A stretch of 61,542 bases of DNA, the filler included, from Dirinaria sp. TL-2023a (taxonomy: Eukaryota), in assembly GCA_051941275.1 (NCBI GenBank). It is 13 parts of 13 records of this genome, joined end to end, with 100 filler letters (N's around TTAATTAATTAA, not from the genome) between each part and the next. Parts side by side here need not be neighbours in the genome. Positions count along the whole stretch, not along the records: positions 47,463 to 52,092 come from JAVEBF010001811.1; positions 52,193 to 56,820 come from JAVEBF010001812.1; positions 56,921 to 61,542 come from JAVEBF010001813.1; 10 more parts are not named here. One strand, written 5' to 3'. Positions within the stretch are counted from its first letter, which is position 1. Every line of letters begins with the position of its first letter. This document shows, piece by piece, positions 51,011 to 61,542 of the stretch. The notes beneath the pieces are model-generated. The model was not told the DNA's origin and did no database searches. It saw only the letters and a program-made list of their open reading frames with translations. The translations under genes were made by a program, and so were the position numbers.

Positions 51011-52807
51011 AGTCATCAGGTAGTACTTAGAGGACGATTGTCCCATCAAATGGACACCATCTTCCTCCCAGATCATGATTTCCCAATAAGATCCGTTTAT
51101 ATATCTTCAGCCTCCCTCTCTCTCTCCTCACACACAAATCTAAAACCACCAGAACCACCAACAATAAAACCATTCCTCAATCAAGAAAAGAAAGACCACC
51201 AAAAAAACCCCGACCATCCTCAAACTCAGCGAAAAACCGGCTAAAGTTTATGAACACTCCGCCTCATCATGCAGCATATAGAAGCTGCATCTACATACCA
51301 CAAATATCGACATTCGACTTACGTTGTCACTCTTACCGCTATTCTTTTCTCTTCTTCTACAAACGAATACAAGACGACTCAGAAAAGCCGAATTCCGCTG
51401 CGCATGGGATATATTTCTTTTCCAGTCCCCACGGCTTTCTGTTCCTGTTTCTGTGTGCAATAAACTTTTCATGTATAAATTTATATAAAAATTATTGTGT
51501 ATAGAATGAGAGGGCGTATATCTCTCCTTTTCTTTATTCCCCCTTTTGGTTCCATTCTTCCGTTTGTGTTGGGGACTCTTGTTCTACACTTTGTATAGAT
51601 TAGCACTGTTAGCGAGGTATATACCCCATTAATAAAACCCAATCCAAATCCAAATCCAAAAAAATCATATTGAAACGCCTTATCCCCTTTCCTAATCCCC
51701 CTAGTCCAACAAAGTACAAACTTCCCTAATAATCTCCTCCTATGTTCCCAATCACTCGACACTCAGTCAGTCAAGTCCTCTTACAAAAATCCAAATCTAA
51801 ACTAGATACCGCCGTCGATCGCGGGGTCAGTGTAAAGTACTTAGGTGCAGATTCGAATTTCATGCGATGCTGATCTCTAATCCAAACCCAATCTACACAC
51901 AGACCAATCAAACATCATCCCCCTTTACCTCCCTCCGAATCTAAAAACTCCCAACTCACTCACTCCACTCTACTCCACTCCAATCCACAGCAAACTATAC
52001 CAAACTCAAAACCTACCCAAAAAAAAAAAAAAAAAAAGAAAGAAAGAAAGAAAGAAAGAAAAGAAAAGAAAAGAAAAAGGAGGGGGTAGAACNNNNNNNN
52101 NNNNNNNNNNNNNNNNNNNNNNNNNNNNNNNNNNNNTTAATTAATTAANNNNNNNNNNNNNNNNNNNNNNNNNNNNNNNNNNNNNNNNNNNNGAGATTGA
52201 TAGGAGGGGACGGGGTGGGGGGTTTGAATGCAGGGCACTACAGGGCTAAGTTAAGAGTGGATATGGGTATGGAAGGATGTATTATTTTTGGTTTTGGCTC
52301 ATTACTATGATCAGAAATATGAAAGTAATTCTATGGTGGGATATAAGCTCGGCAGGGTGGAAAATTTTCAACCTCGTGATTAATCTTGCTTCGTTAAGAT
52401 TAATTACTAGATACATAGATAATTATCGTTCTAATGATTTCCTCTCCCGTCGTCACTCCCAGTAGGCGGTGAGCCGTTCCGCGGTTTTTGGATTGGACTT
52501 TTTTTTGTCGGGGTCTTGATGGTGTTAAAGCTAGGTTTGAAGGATTTTGCCAGGTATGCAGGAGAGATTGGAGAGTGCTAGGTCTTTGAGAATGCTCACT
52601 TTCGCGCGTGAGTGTAGATGGGGGTATTTGGTTTTTAATTGTCATTCATACCTCCGTTTGCTAACAGGGTTGGCTCTTCTGGCTCGGTATGTGAGCGGGT
52701 ATGATATTTCCGATATTACGATTGGCTCTTGCATATTACAGCGTTGATTCAGAAATCGGGCAATGTATGGTAGTGAATGTGATTCTTGCCATTGCAATCC
52801 CGTGACA

Positions 52808-55593
52808 TCATGTCGTTCCGAGCAAGTATAAAATAAGAAGTGCGGTGTAGATGCATATATAGGTACCAGCTATACGGTTACTTGCGCTGGAGCTCTGGGA
52901 GTCAGGCTTGGAAGATGCAGGAGCAATAGGAGATAAATCTGGTGCGTCTGCGATAATGCTTGTCTTGTCTGCTAAAGGCGCATAGCCGAATGTAGACACA
53001 ACGCTAGATTCTAGCCCTTCCGGATTCGCAGGTCTTGGATCCCCCTGAAGTGGGCCGGACGATGTGGTGGGGAGTGCATATGTGGTTCCTTGCACAACCA
53101 CAAACCCCTGCTCTAATGAGACCGAAGTACCTTCGACAACAGTTTGTTCTCCTTGCGTCAGAGTCACGCCGTCTAAGACGACGGCACCATTGCTTGCAAG
53201 TGAAACAGCAGGATCAGTAGGTAGAGGCAGTGCATATGTCTTCCCATCCACGATGAGACTATCCGAGACCAAGGATATCACAGTGCCAGATATTGTTGTC
53301 TGCGTACCTGGGACCAACTTATGACCATCGAAGACTACGGCACCGTTGCTTTCACGTGAGACAGCCGAGTCGGTAGGTAAAGGCAGCGCATACGTCTTGC
53401 CACCCACGATCAGTATGTTCCCACCTACTGATACCGCCGTGCCAGATATTGTCGTCTGGGCGCCTGCCATCAACCTGTGGCCATCAACAATCACCGCACC
53501 ATCACCGGCACGCGAGATTGTAGAATCAGTGGGCGTGGGAAATGCATACGTCTTTCCGGCGGCGACGACGATCCCCGAGCCCACGGTTATCGCATCTCCG
53601 GAGGCAGTCACTTGATAGCCGCTCGAGTAAGTTTTGCCATTGACGATTATGGCACCACTGCTGTCTGTAGATATTGTAGGACTCTCCGCCGAAGCGCTAG
53701 GATCAAGAAGAGCTTGAAGACTTTTCGCTGGCAAAATAGGAACGGTAAGAACTTCGCCATCATATGATATTTCTCGATAGCGTTGCGAGAGTGGGCTAGG
53801 TGGATCCGTGATTGAGGGTTTGCTGTAGGTCCTCGTACCTAGGACAAGATGACCTTTCGCAACGGAAACGTAAATGCCACCAATTGTTGCACTTTGGCCT
53901 TGTGGAATTGTTTGACTACCAATAATGATCGCGCCACTAGGACCGGCTTCTATTTCGTCTCCAGGTGTCCAAACAGCTGGCCTTTCGGCAATGGAGAGGT
54001 CGTCCCAAGGTAGCTTACCGCCTAGCGATGCCGCAGTGGATGGCATGGCATATGTGCTGCTATCAATGACGAGGCGATCTGTACCAACTGACACGCTGAT
54101 GCCGTCAATGGTAGTCTGGCTTCCGCTAGATACCACCTGATCACCCAAAATGACTTCACCCTTGTTCGTGACCTTCAGCCGATGTCCACGGATTATAGAG
54201 GGCGGCGGATCAAGCACCGCAGGGCTCCGTGGTTTAGCAATGCTAGAACCACCAATATAGACACTCTGGGCATCTGCGGAGACGCGTGTATTGGCAACGG
54301 TAATTGCAGGAGCACCAGGTTTCAAAATAGTACCTGCAACTGATACAGCGCCATCGGGCAGAACGTAGACTGGCTGATTTGCGGCAATTGCAACATTCAC
54401 TGGTGTCGCTTTAGGCTCTTTGGCACCTTTGCTGGGAGCACTGTCTGCTTGTGGATCTCCTAGCGACCAAGGATTTCCGCCCTGAATGCCTCCTGCTTGA
54501 GGAGGAATTCCTGGTGAGTGATTTCCAGGACGAGCAGGATGCGATGGTCCTGGCGCTGCCGTCTTTTTAACTGAAATAGCAGCGGGCACATCGGCTGGCA
54601 TCGTTGCCTTAGGCATTGGTGTCGCCACACTTGTATGATACATCGGGCCAAAACTTTCAATGCTTTGCGGCGCAGTAGGCGACTTAGGAGGAGCAAAATG
54701 CGACGAAGCATCCGAGGTATGGTGTGCTGGTGCCGGTGCTGGTGCTGGTGCCGGTTCCGGAGTTAAAGCGTGCACTGGCACCAGCGCCCTCGGCGGATCG
54801 TATGCTCCCCAATTGTACACATCGGCATCGCATTTTTTCCACTTGGGGTCGATGGTCTTGATGTCCGCTGGGTAGCTTACAATTGGGCTTGCAGCCATTT
54901 CTGTTCCATTGGGATCAACACCCCCGAGAGGACCCGTACCACCGTCTTCGCCGAATTGCCAGAAGCAACCTTGAGCAGCGATCCAATTCTGCGAAGGGTT
55001 CGATAGATCGTTTACATTGAGCGCTGCCCATGGGCGCCCATTTGCGCCGTGGTAGTCGCAGTCGCCAGGGACGGTCATGAGTGCTTTTGGAGGGTAGGCC
55101 TTTGTAATGTTGTAGTGTGCCGCCAGAGGTGTAGGGGGACCACGGAGCCAGTCCTCAATCACAGCAGAGACGGTGCTCCAGACGACATAGACAGAAGGCG
55201 AGGTGCTTGCAGCGTTGTCAGTGCAGTTTCTAGTAAGGTCAAAAACGGTCCAACGACGAACAACGTGTAATTACCCTCAACGGCTGTGACGATGTCTGGA
55301 GGTCGGGTAACATTGGTCGACGTTGTGGATTCAGGGAAGTAAAGCACTTGGACATTGCCAACGTCCAATATGCATTCACTATAGTCTATCGACGAGGTGG
55401 TATTGGTCCGAAGGGACGAAGTGGCGTTGAGTTGAAGCGACGACGTCTTGCTGATAGGCATACCGACACTGGCTGTCAAACGCGTGAGAGCACTGGTTGC
55501 GTTGGCCATTCTGGATCTCGTCGAGAACGGACGTGTGGCCGCTGCGGATATAACATAATAAAACAGCAATTGGACAAGGCTACAGAGATGCAT
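52808..55593 (-). CDS. Secreted, probably GPI-anchored Ser/Thr/Pro-rich cell-surface protein with ~50-aa tandem repeats (intron ~55262-55207)
   Basis: Signal peptide; FTSPSVYV, DPKWKKC, YDPPRAL; repeats GAVxVDGxxLxxGxQTTISGTxxSxGxxxLIVxGKTYALP; hydrophobic C-terminus after a Ser-rich omega region. Confidence 0.8.
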
Positions 55594-56920
55594 TGGGCTC
55601 GCACAAAATACAAAAGGGAGGCTCGAAGGAATAGATCACATTATGATAGACTCAGCTCAATGATTCCCAAAAGGGAAGAGAACAAAGATTGAGAGGAATA
55701 GCCAAGGAGAGGAGGACGTTAAGCAGAACCCTCTCTATACAGTAGGAGTGCATCATAGAGCTATATGCGAGATTCATGGTCTTGTGGAAAACCGTTACAG
55801 AGGGCTGGGTATAGACTGGAGTGCATGTGTGTATCCTTCAACTAGGCCAATTAATGCGAAGAGTGAAGCCACACAAATGCAGGGTCAGGGATAGGGAGGA
55901 GCACGGCTGAAAAGGTGCCTGGGTTCCAAACATCGGATCAGGCCCTGAGTGGACAGTCCTATACCTGTACCTATTATTTCCCATTAACCCTGGTCGCTTC
56001 TCGAACGCGGTGCCGGGCTTCTATGCAAGAAACATTCGACCTTCACGCCTGATCACTTCGGCAGTCACTTTGCCTATTTTAGGTGCTCGCCGATATTAGG
56101 ATTACTGCACGACGACGCTAATGCAGGAGACATCGGACGACACGGACAGCGAGTAGGATCGTGATGAAAGTTGCGAAGTGGGCCTTCCTCAAAGACAGGC
56201 TTACAGGACAGCAACGGGTTGTCGCTTGGGATTGCAGGCATCAGTGCTTGCTGATGTCGCTGTTCCCACACGAGTTCGCTCTTTCGGGCTTCTAATTAAT
56301 CATGTGAGCATTCCCGTGCGCCGTGGTCAGTCAATCAGAATGCAAGCTCTGGGTTTTGGTTTCGAGAACCAGAGCAGTGTAAATGTGCTATCCAAGTTCG
56401 GGTGCGAGAAAATACAGTCCAGGTGTTGCAGAAATAGAGTACTCGTAGGTCGTGTTCGGCGCCCTATACGAACTCGTTTATTTATCACCGAAGACTGATC
56501 AAGATTTGACACTAGGCAGATTGCCCACTTCAAATAGTCTCTGCCTATCGTCAAGGTACAAGGGTATAGGTAAGGTGCAGTCGTTACACCTCTTGAGAAA
56601 AGTAGCTCGAGTCTGGTTCAGTGGGGGGTGAGCTGTCTTCGTGGGGGCCAATAGCAAGAACCAATCAAGTGCTCCTGAGAGGCCCGGAGCTAATTCGTAT
56701 CAAAACCGCTATTATTCTTAGATTTACTCCGATCCATGAATTCCCACATTCCCTGCTGGAGATCATGCTGCAATTGAACAGCAACAAATAGAAAAAAAAA
56801 AAAAAAAAAAAAAAAATAAGNNNNNNNNNNNNNNNNNNNNNNNNNNNNNNNNNNNNNNNNNNNNTTAATTAATTAANNNNNNNNNNNNNNNNNNNNNNNN
56901 NNNNNNNNNNNNNNNNNNNN

Positions 56921-57253
56921 AACCGCGTCCCGCGGTGGGCAAGGCTAACCAGAGCGAGTCATGGCGCGCGGGGTTTCAGAGGAAGTCTAAAGTGTTGTTG
57001 ACAGGGAACAGTAGTCGCCCCGAGCTTAGATAAGCTCTCAGCCACAAGTCCTCGCCGAAACAACCCTTCAAGCGTCCGGGCGGAATCGAACTCAGAACTT
57101 TGCGACCGAGTTGACTTGGTTTAATGTCAAAGATCCAACCTTGGTTAGATAGGTTTCCCAATGGTAAAAGTCCCGGCAGCGCCAAAAGACTAACTAAACC
57201 AAGTCAAGGGACTTGGTGCCTATCTTACTACTTAGGTGTTCCAGGGTCGTAAC
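56921..57253 (+). repeat. Possible partial LTR ending ...GTCGTAACA
   Basis: Contig-edge non-coding segment ending in a TAACA terminus typical of fungal Gypsy LTRs; no second copy in window. Confidence 0.3.
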
Positions 57254-58167
57254 AGTATTTACAAGTAGCATTGTGTCATGTTCGCGTATATTTACTGATT
57301 TTTGTTGACTCATTGACGATTACTTCGATGTCCTCATCTTGATTATCGCACACAGATCGATGCGCAATAATTAGACGATTCAAATGACGCGTTAATGGAG
57401 TCAATTGCACGTTTCGCTGTTGAGTTATTTCAAAAATAGTGTTTTCTGAGCAAAATTTTTCGCCCCTCCATACGATCCCAAGAGTGTCAAGTCACTGGCT
57501 TAGGTAAGTCAGGGCACCAGACACTAGACCAAATGTGGAACGTCTAGATCTTCCCTATCTCAGGTGATAACAACGTGTGCTCGGATACTCAAGACCTCGG
57601 GAGTCGCGGATGCCGACCGATATTCCTTGGCTCTGCCATCGATATCTATACGGATTCACCTGATTCACTTGCACTGCATTTCCTAGCTTCAAAATAGTTG
57701 CAGACCATATCAGAATTGAGTTTTGGAAAAAGCTAATTCTCACCTAGTCGCGGGGGGCTCGGGGTTGAGTTGCTAATCTCCCGATGGCATCCTGCGCCTT
57801 TGGACTATCTACCAATCCTCCGCAACATCAGAGGGGCTACAGAAAGTTTAACTTGCCTAGGACAGAGTGTCTAGATGCCAACGCCGACATGCAGCACTCT
57901 ATTGCCACCTCAATCTGCAGTTCGCTGGCCTAGCATTCCGTTCTGTATGCTCATGGCCACGGGTTGGGCCTCGACCGATTTGCTAATGATTTGGTCACCG
58001 GTATCGATGTGAGCTTATAAGCCGCTGAGGTTTTACAAGTGATTATTCATAATTAATCGTAAAAATCTTTGGGTTTGTCCCTCACGCATTGTTTAATCCC
58101 AATGCGTATAGATCAAACTCCAACCCGTTTCTAGATCCTGAAACAGGCTGGGAACATCCATCTCACG

Positions 58168-61100
58168 ATGTCCATCTATAACGATGTTGCGCCGGAAGAG
58201 GACGAGTCCCATCAGATCATCAGCTCCTATTTCCTAGGCCCGAAAGCGGAGAACTACGAATTCTTCAAGAAGAATATCATAGAGATCCTCGATGGCCAGA
58301 AAGATGCCAGACTTGACTACTTTCCCAGAGATGGGGTATGGTTTTCACACTTCTAGGTCTCCATCGGTGCAGCACAACACATTGGGCTGACATTCCTCGC
58401 AAGCAATTTGTTTCGAAAGAATGTCAAGCATCAACAGCATATCGTATTTCTTGTCGAAAAATGACAAATGCAGTTCGCGAAGCAACTTGTCTTCTTGGGA
58501 AACACAGCATCCCTTTCTGGTACAGTCTATCCTTAGACGAACACACTAGTAGCTGATATGGATCAAGGTCCCCACGATATCAGGGCCACATGTGCATGGA
58601 TGTTTCGATGCCGTCATTATTCGGCTACTTCATGACGATGATCTATAATCCTAACAATGTTTCCATTGAAGCGAGTCCTCTTACGACAGTGGCTGAAATA
58701 ACAGTTGGAGATGATCTCTGCAAGATGTTTGGCTACAACACCGATCCGGAAAAGACGGATCTTCCCCTCTCTTGGGGGCATGTGGTGTGCGGTGGTTCTG
58801 TTGCAAATCTTGAGTCTGTTTGGGTTGCTCGCAACTTGAAGTTCTACCCACTGTCTATACGCTCAGCGATGAAAGAGAATGGACCCTTGTATTTCATCGC
58901 TGATAGCTTTAGAGTTCAGCCTTGTGGAGGATCTGAAAAGCATTTCAAAGACTTGACCACTTGGGAACTGCTCAATCTCAAGCCAAGTACTATACTTGAT
59001 ATACCAGAGCGACTGTACAGCCAATATCATATAGCGCCCGGTTTTTTGGATTTGGTCTTGAAGCAATATGGTGTACAATCGACTAGTAAGACTTCATTGG
59101 AAAAGGAATTTGGTGTTGGGGAGATAAAGTACTTGGTCTCCAATACACGACATTACTCTTGGCCAAAGGCTGCAGGTCAGTCAGTCTTCTTTTCCTGGAA
59201 AATGCACCGAGCTTACCTAAAAAGCTGTTACTGGCATTGGCTCTGATCGTATGATTGGGGTTCAAGTTGATCATGGGGCTCGGGTGGACCTCGAGGATTT
59301 GAGAGAGAAGTTGCAACAGTCTCTTGACCAAAAAGAAGCAGTCTATGCTGTTGTGGCTATCATTGGTTCCACGGAAGAAGGCGCGGTCGACCCTCTCCGC
59401 GGCATACTCAAACTTCGTGAGGAATTTCAAGCCAAGGGTCTTTCATTCCTCGTACATGGCGATGGGGCGTGGGGAGGATACTTCTGCAGTATGCTTCCTC
59501 GAGACTTCGAACCTGGTCAGGAGATTTCATTACCATCCGAAAAAGGGGGTGGTGCGGGTTTTGTACCTGACGCATCGCTTCGAGCAGACACCCAAGAAGA
59601 CCTTTTCATGCTCAGGGAAGTAGATTCAATCACAGTCGATCCCCACAAAGCGGCATATGTACCATACCCTGCTGGTGCACTCTGCTACCGGGATGGTAGG
59701 ATGCGCTATCTTGTCACATGGACAGCTCCGGTCATCTCACGAGGCGCGATGACTGAAACTAGCATTGGTGTCTTCGGTATTGAAGGTAGCAAGCCAGGTG
59801 CAGCAGTCATGGCCACCTGGTTTTCTAACGTCTGCATCGGCTTGGGACCAGACGGATACGGCAAACTGCTCGGTGAAGTAACTTTTACTTGTAGCCGACT
59901 CTCAGCTGAATGGGCTGCCATGTCCACCAAAGAGGACGCTTTCGTCGTGGTTCCGCTCAATGAATTGCCTTCAGAGTTGGCCAAAGATTCTACGCCTGAA
60001 AAGGTGGAAGCAGAGAAGCAAAGAATTCGAGAAGAAATCCTTCAAAAAACAAACACAGAGATCGTTGATGAGGATGAAAATCGCCCAAAGGATCGAAAAG
60101 CGTTGGCACTTCTTCGCGCTCTGGGTTCAGATCTCAACATCAATGCATTCAGTACAAATTGGCGATACGAAAATGGAGATTTGAACGACGAGGTTGAGGA
60201 AGCGAACTACTTCAATCAGCGCGTGATTCAGCGGCTTTCTGTTGACTCGCCGGAGGATGATCCAGTCCAGATACCCTTCTATTTGACATCGACCACGTTT
60301 GTGATCCATGAGTATGGCGAATGTGTACAGCATTTCAAAAAGAGGCTTGGCTTGTACGCCGACGACGTTGATCTCACGGTAATGCGCAATGTCGTCATGT
60401 CACCGTGGCCAACCGATGGGAGATTCATTTCACGATTGATTGGAGAATTTAGGAAGGTGCTAGATGAGGAAGTGAAGGTACACTGGTTTCTCTAAGGCGG
60501 CAGAGACGATACCCCCTAATTACGTCTGCTAACGGGTTTCAGGTTTGCCGTGAGCGCAACGACGTCTCACCGACGCAGCATGAATTCTTGCTTCAAGGGA
60601 CCGATAAGGTCTTCATAATCCATTTCCCTATGTTCTACCTAGAGAAGCATCGTCACCAACTCATCATCGAAATCAAGCTCTCGGATGTTGCAATGAAAGA
60701 ATACGCCGAAGCCAAGAAAACCGACCCTACAGCCACCTTCATTCTCAAAAGTGTGGAAGACATAGCGCTTGGCCCTCTCGTTTCTAGCAAGAACTCCTTC
60801 AAAGCGGTAATCGAGAAACGTGGATCACCAGACAAGTAAGCCTTCCTGTACTCCCTCCCCACGTCCACCTTATTCGTAACCCAAACAATATCCTGAAACC
60901 TGCTGACTCCAATCACTTGCCCAAACCAGCACCCTCATCTCCTCCACCTCCTCCATCACAATCGTCTCCGTTATCAAGGACCGCTCCCTTAAAGGCCGCT
61001 ACCGCGACGCTTCCTATCCCTCCCGCTTCATCCCCTTTTACCTCTACGGCACCCCTGAAAATCTGCACATCGACCATATCCTCACCCGTAGCCCGAATAT

Positions 61101-61542
61101 CCAGCTCTCCGCCGAGAATATCCGCCTCGACCTGAGAAGCGGGAACGGCAGTGGTGGTGCAACAGCCCTCTCCGCAGACACCCTCGCCAAAGGCCCAATC
61201 TTGTGCATCGACGGCATCTCCGAGGCCTCGATGCAGCCCTTCCAATCTACCGATGGGCCACTAGGCGATACCCTGGCCTCCGACTCGAACTTTTTCTTCC
61301 GTCCAGGCCAGAAGTTCCACGTCAGCGTGTACGAAGACGGTAAGGGTTCCAACGAGCCGGGCCCGGGGATCGTGCAGGTCGAGAAGCTGAAGCTGTTGGG
61401 AAAGGGGGAGATGGTGCTGCGGAGCGAGGGGCGGTATATAGATAGCGTGCTGATGAACAGAGATCCATTTGAGGTCAAGGACGGGACTGAGAAGTACAAG
61501 CAGTGGAAAAAAGTGTTTGACAAGATCGGGAGAGAGCTGGAG
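58168..61542 (+). CDS. Group II PLP-dependent amino-acid decarboxylase (tyrosine-decarboxylase-like) with long C-terminal extension, multi-exon, runs to window end
   Basis: FLGPKAEN, YNPNNVSIEASP, CGGSVANLES, HYSWPK, GSTEEGAVD, HGDGAWGGY, DSITVDPHK (PLP Lys codon 59647-59649), IEGSKPG. Confidence 0.92.

Noticed and set aside
4662..56920. Regularly spaced TTAATTAATTAA repeat every ~4.7 kb
   Set aside because: Artificial spacer embedded in N runs; not biological, and it invalidates any cross-contig gene-cluster interpretation.

Overview
Eukaryotic (filamentous ascomycete, intron-containing) DNA. It is not one locus: 13 unrelated contigs of 4.62-4.66 kb, sorted by decreasing length, are joined by 100-nt artificial spacers (N44-TTAATTAATTAA-N44), so neighbourhood arguments only hold within a contig. 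Genes: M28 leucine aminopeptidase, a 643-aa orphan with a GT-B-like motif, a LaeA/Tam-type SAM methyltransferase, an F-box-like protein, a stand-alone SesB/DUF676-like hydrolase, a CYP52-clan P450, a QDE-2-type Argonaute convergent with a CbbX-type AAA ATPase C-terminus, a MIF-domain protein, an NLR-like ankyrin/ZZ gene, SFT2, a repeat-rich cell-surface protein and a group II PLP decarboxylase. Two contigs hold decayed Ty3/Gypsy elements. Top observations: (1) a 708-bp non-autonomous retroelement (13-bp TSD, (TCAA)n tail) whose first nucleotide is the predicted cleavage site of a complete HDV-like ribozyme fold, inserted in sense inside the NLR-like gene; (2) repeat hypermutation that is CpC->TpC-specific rather than canonical CpA RIP; (3) tight Argonaute / CbbX-AAA (ZNFX1-like family) linkage. 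All calls come from reading the sequence; no searches were run.
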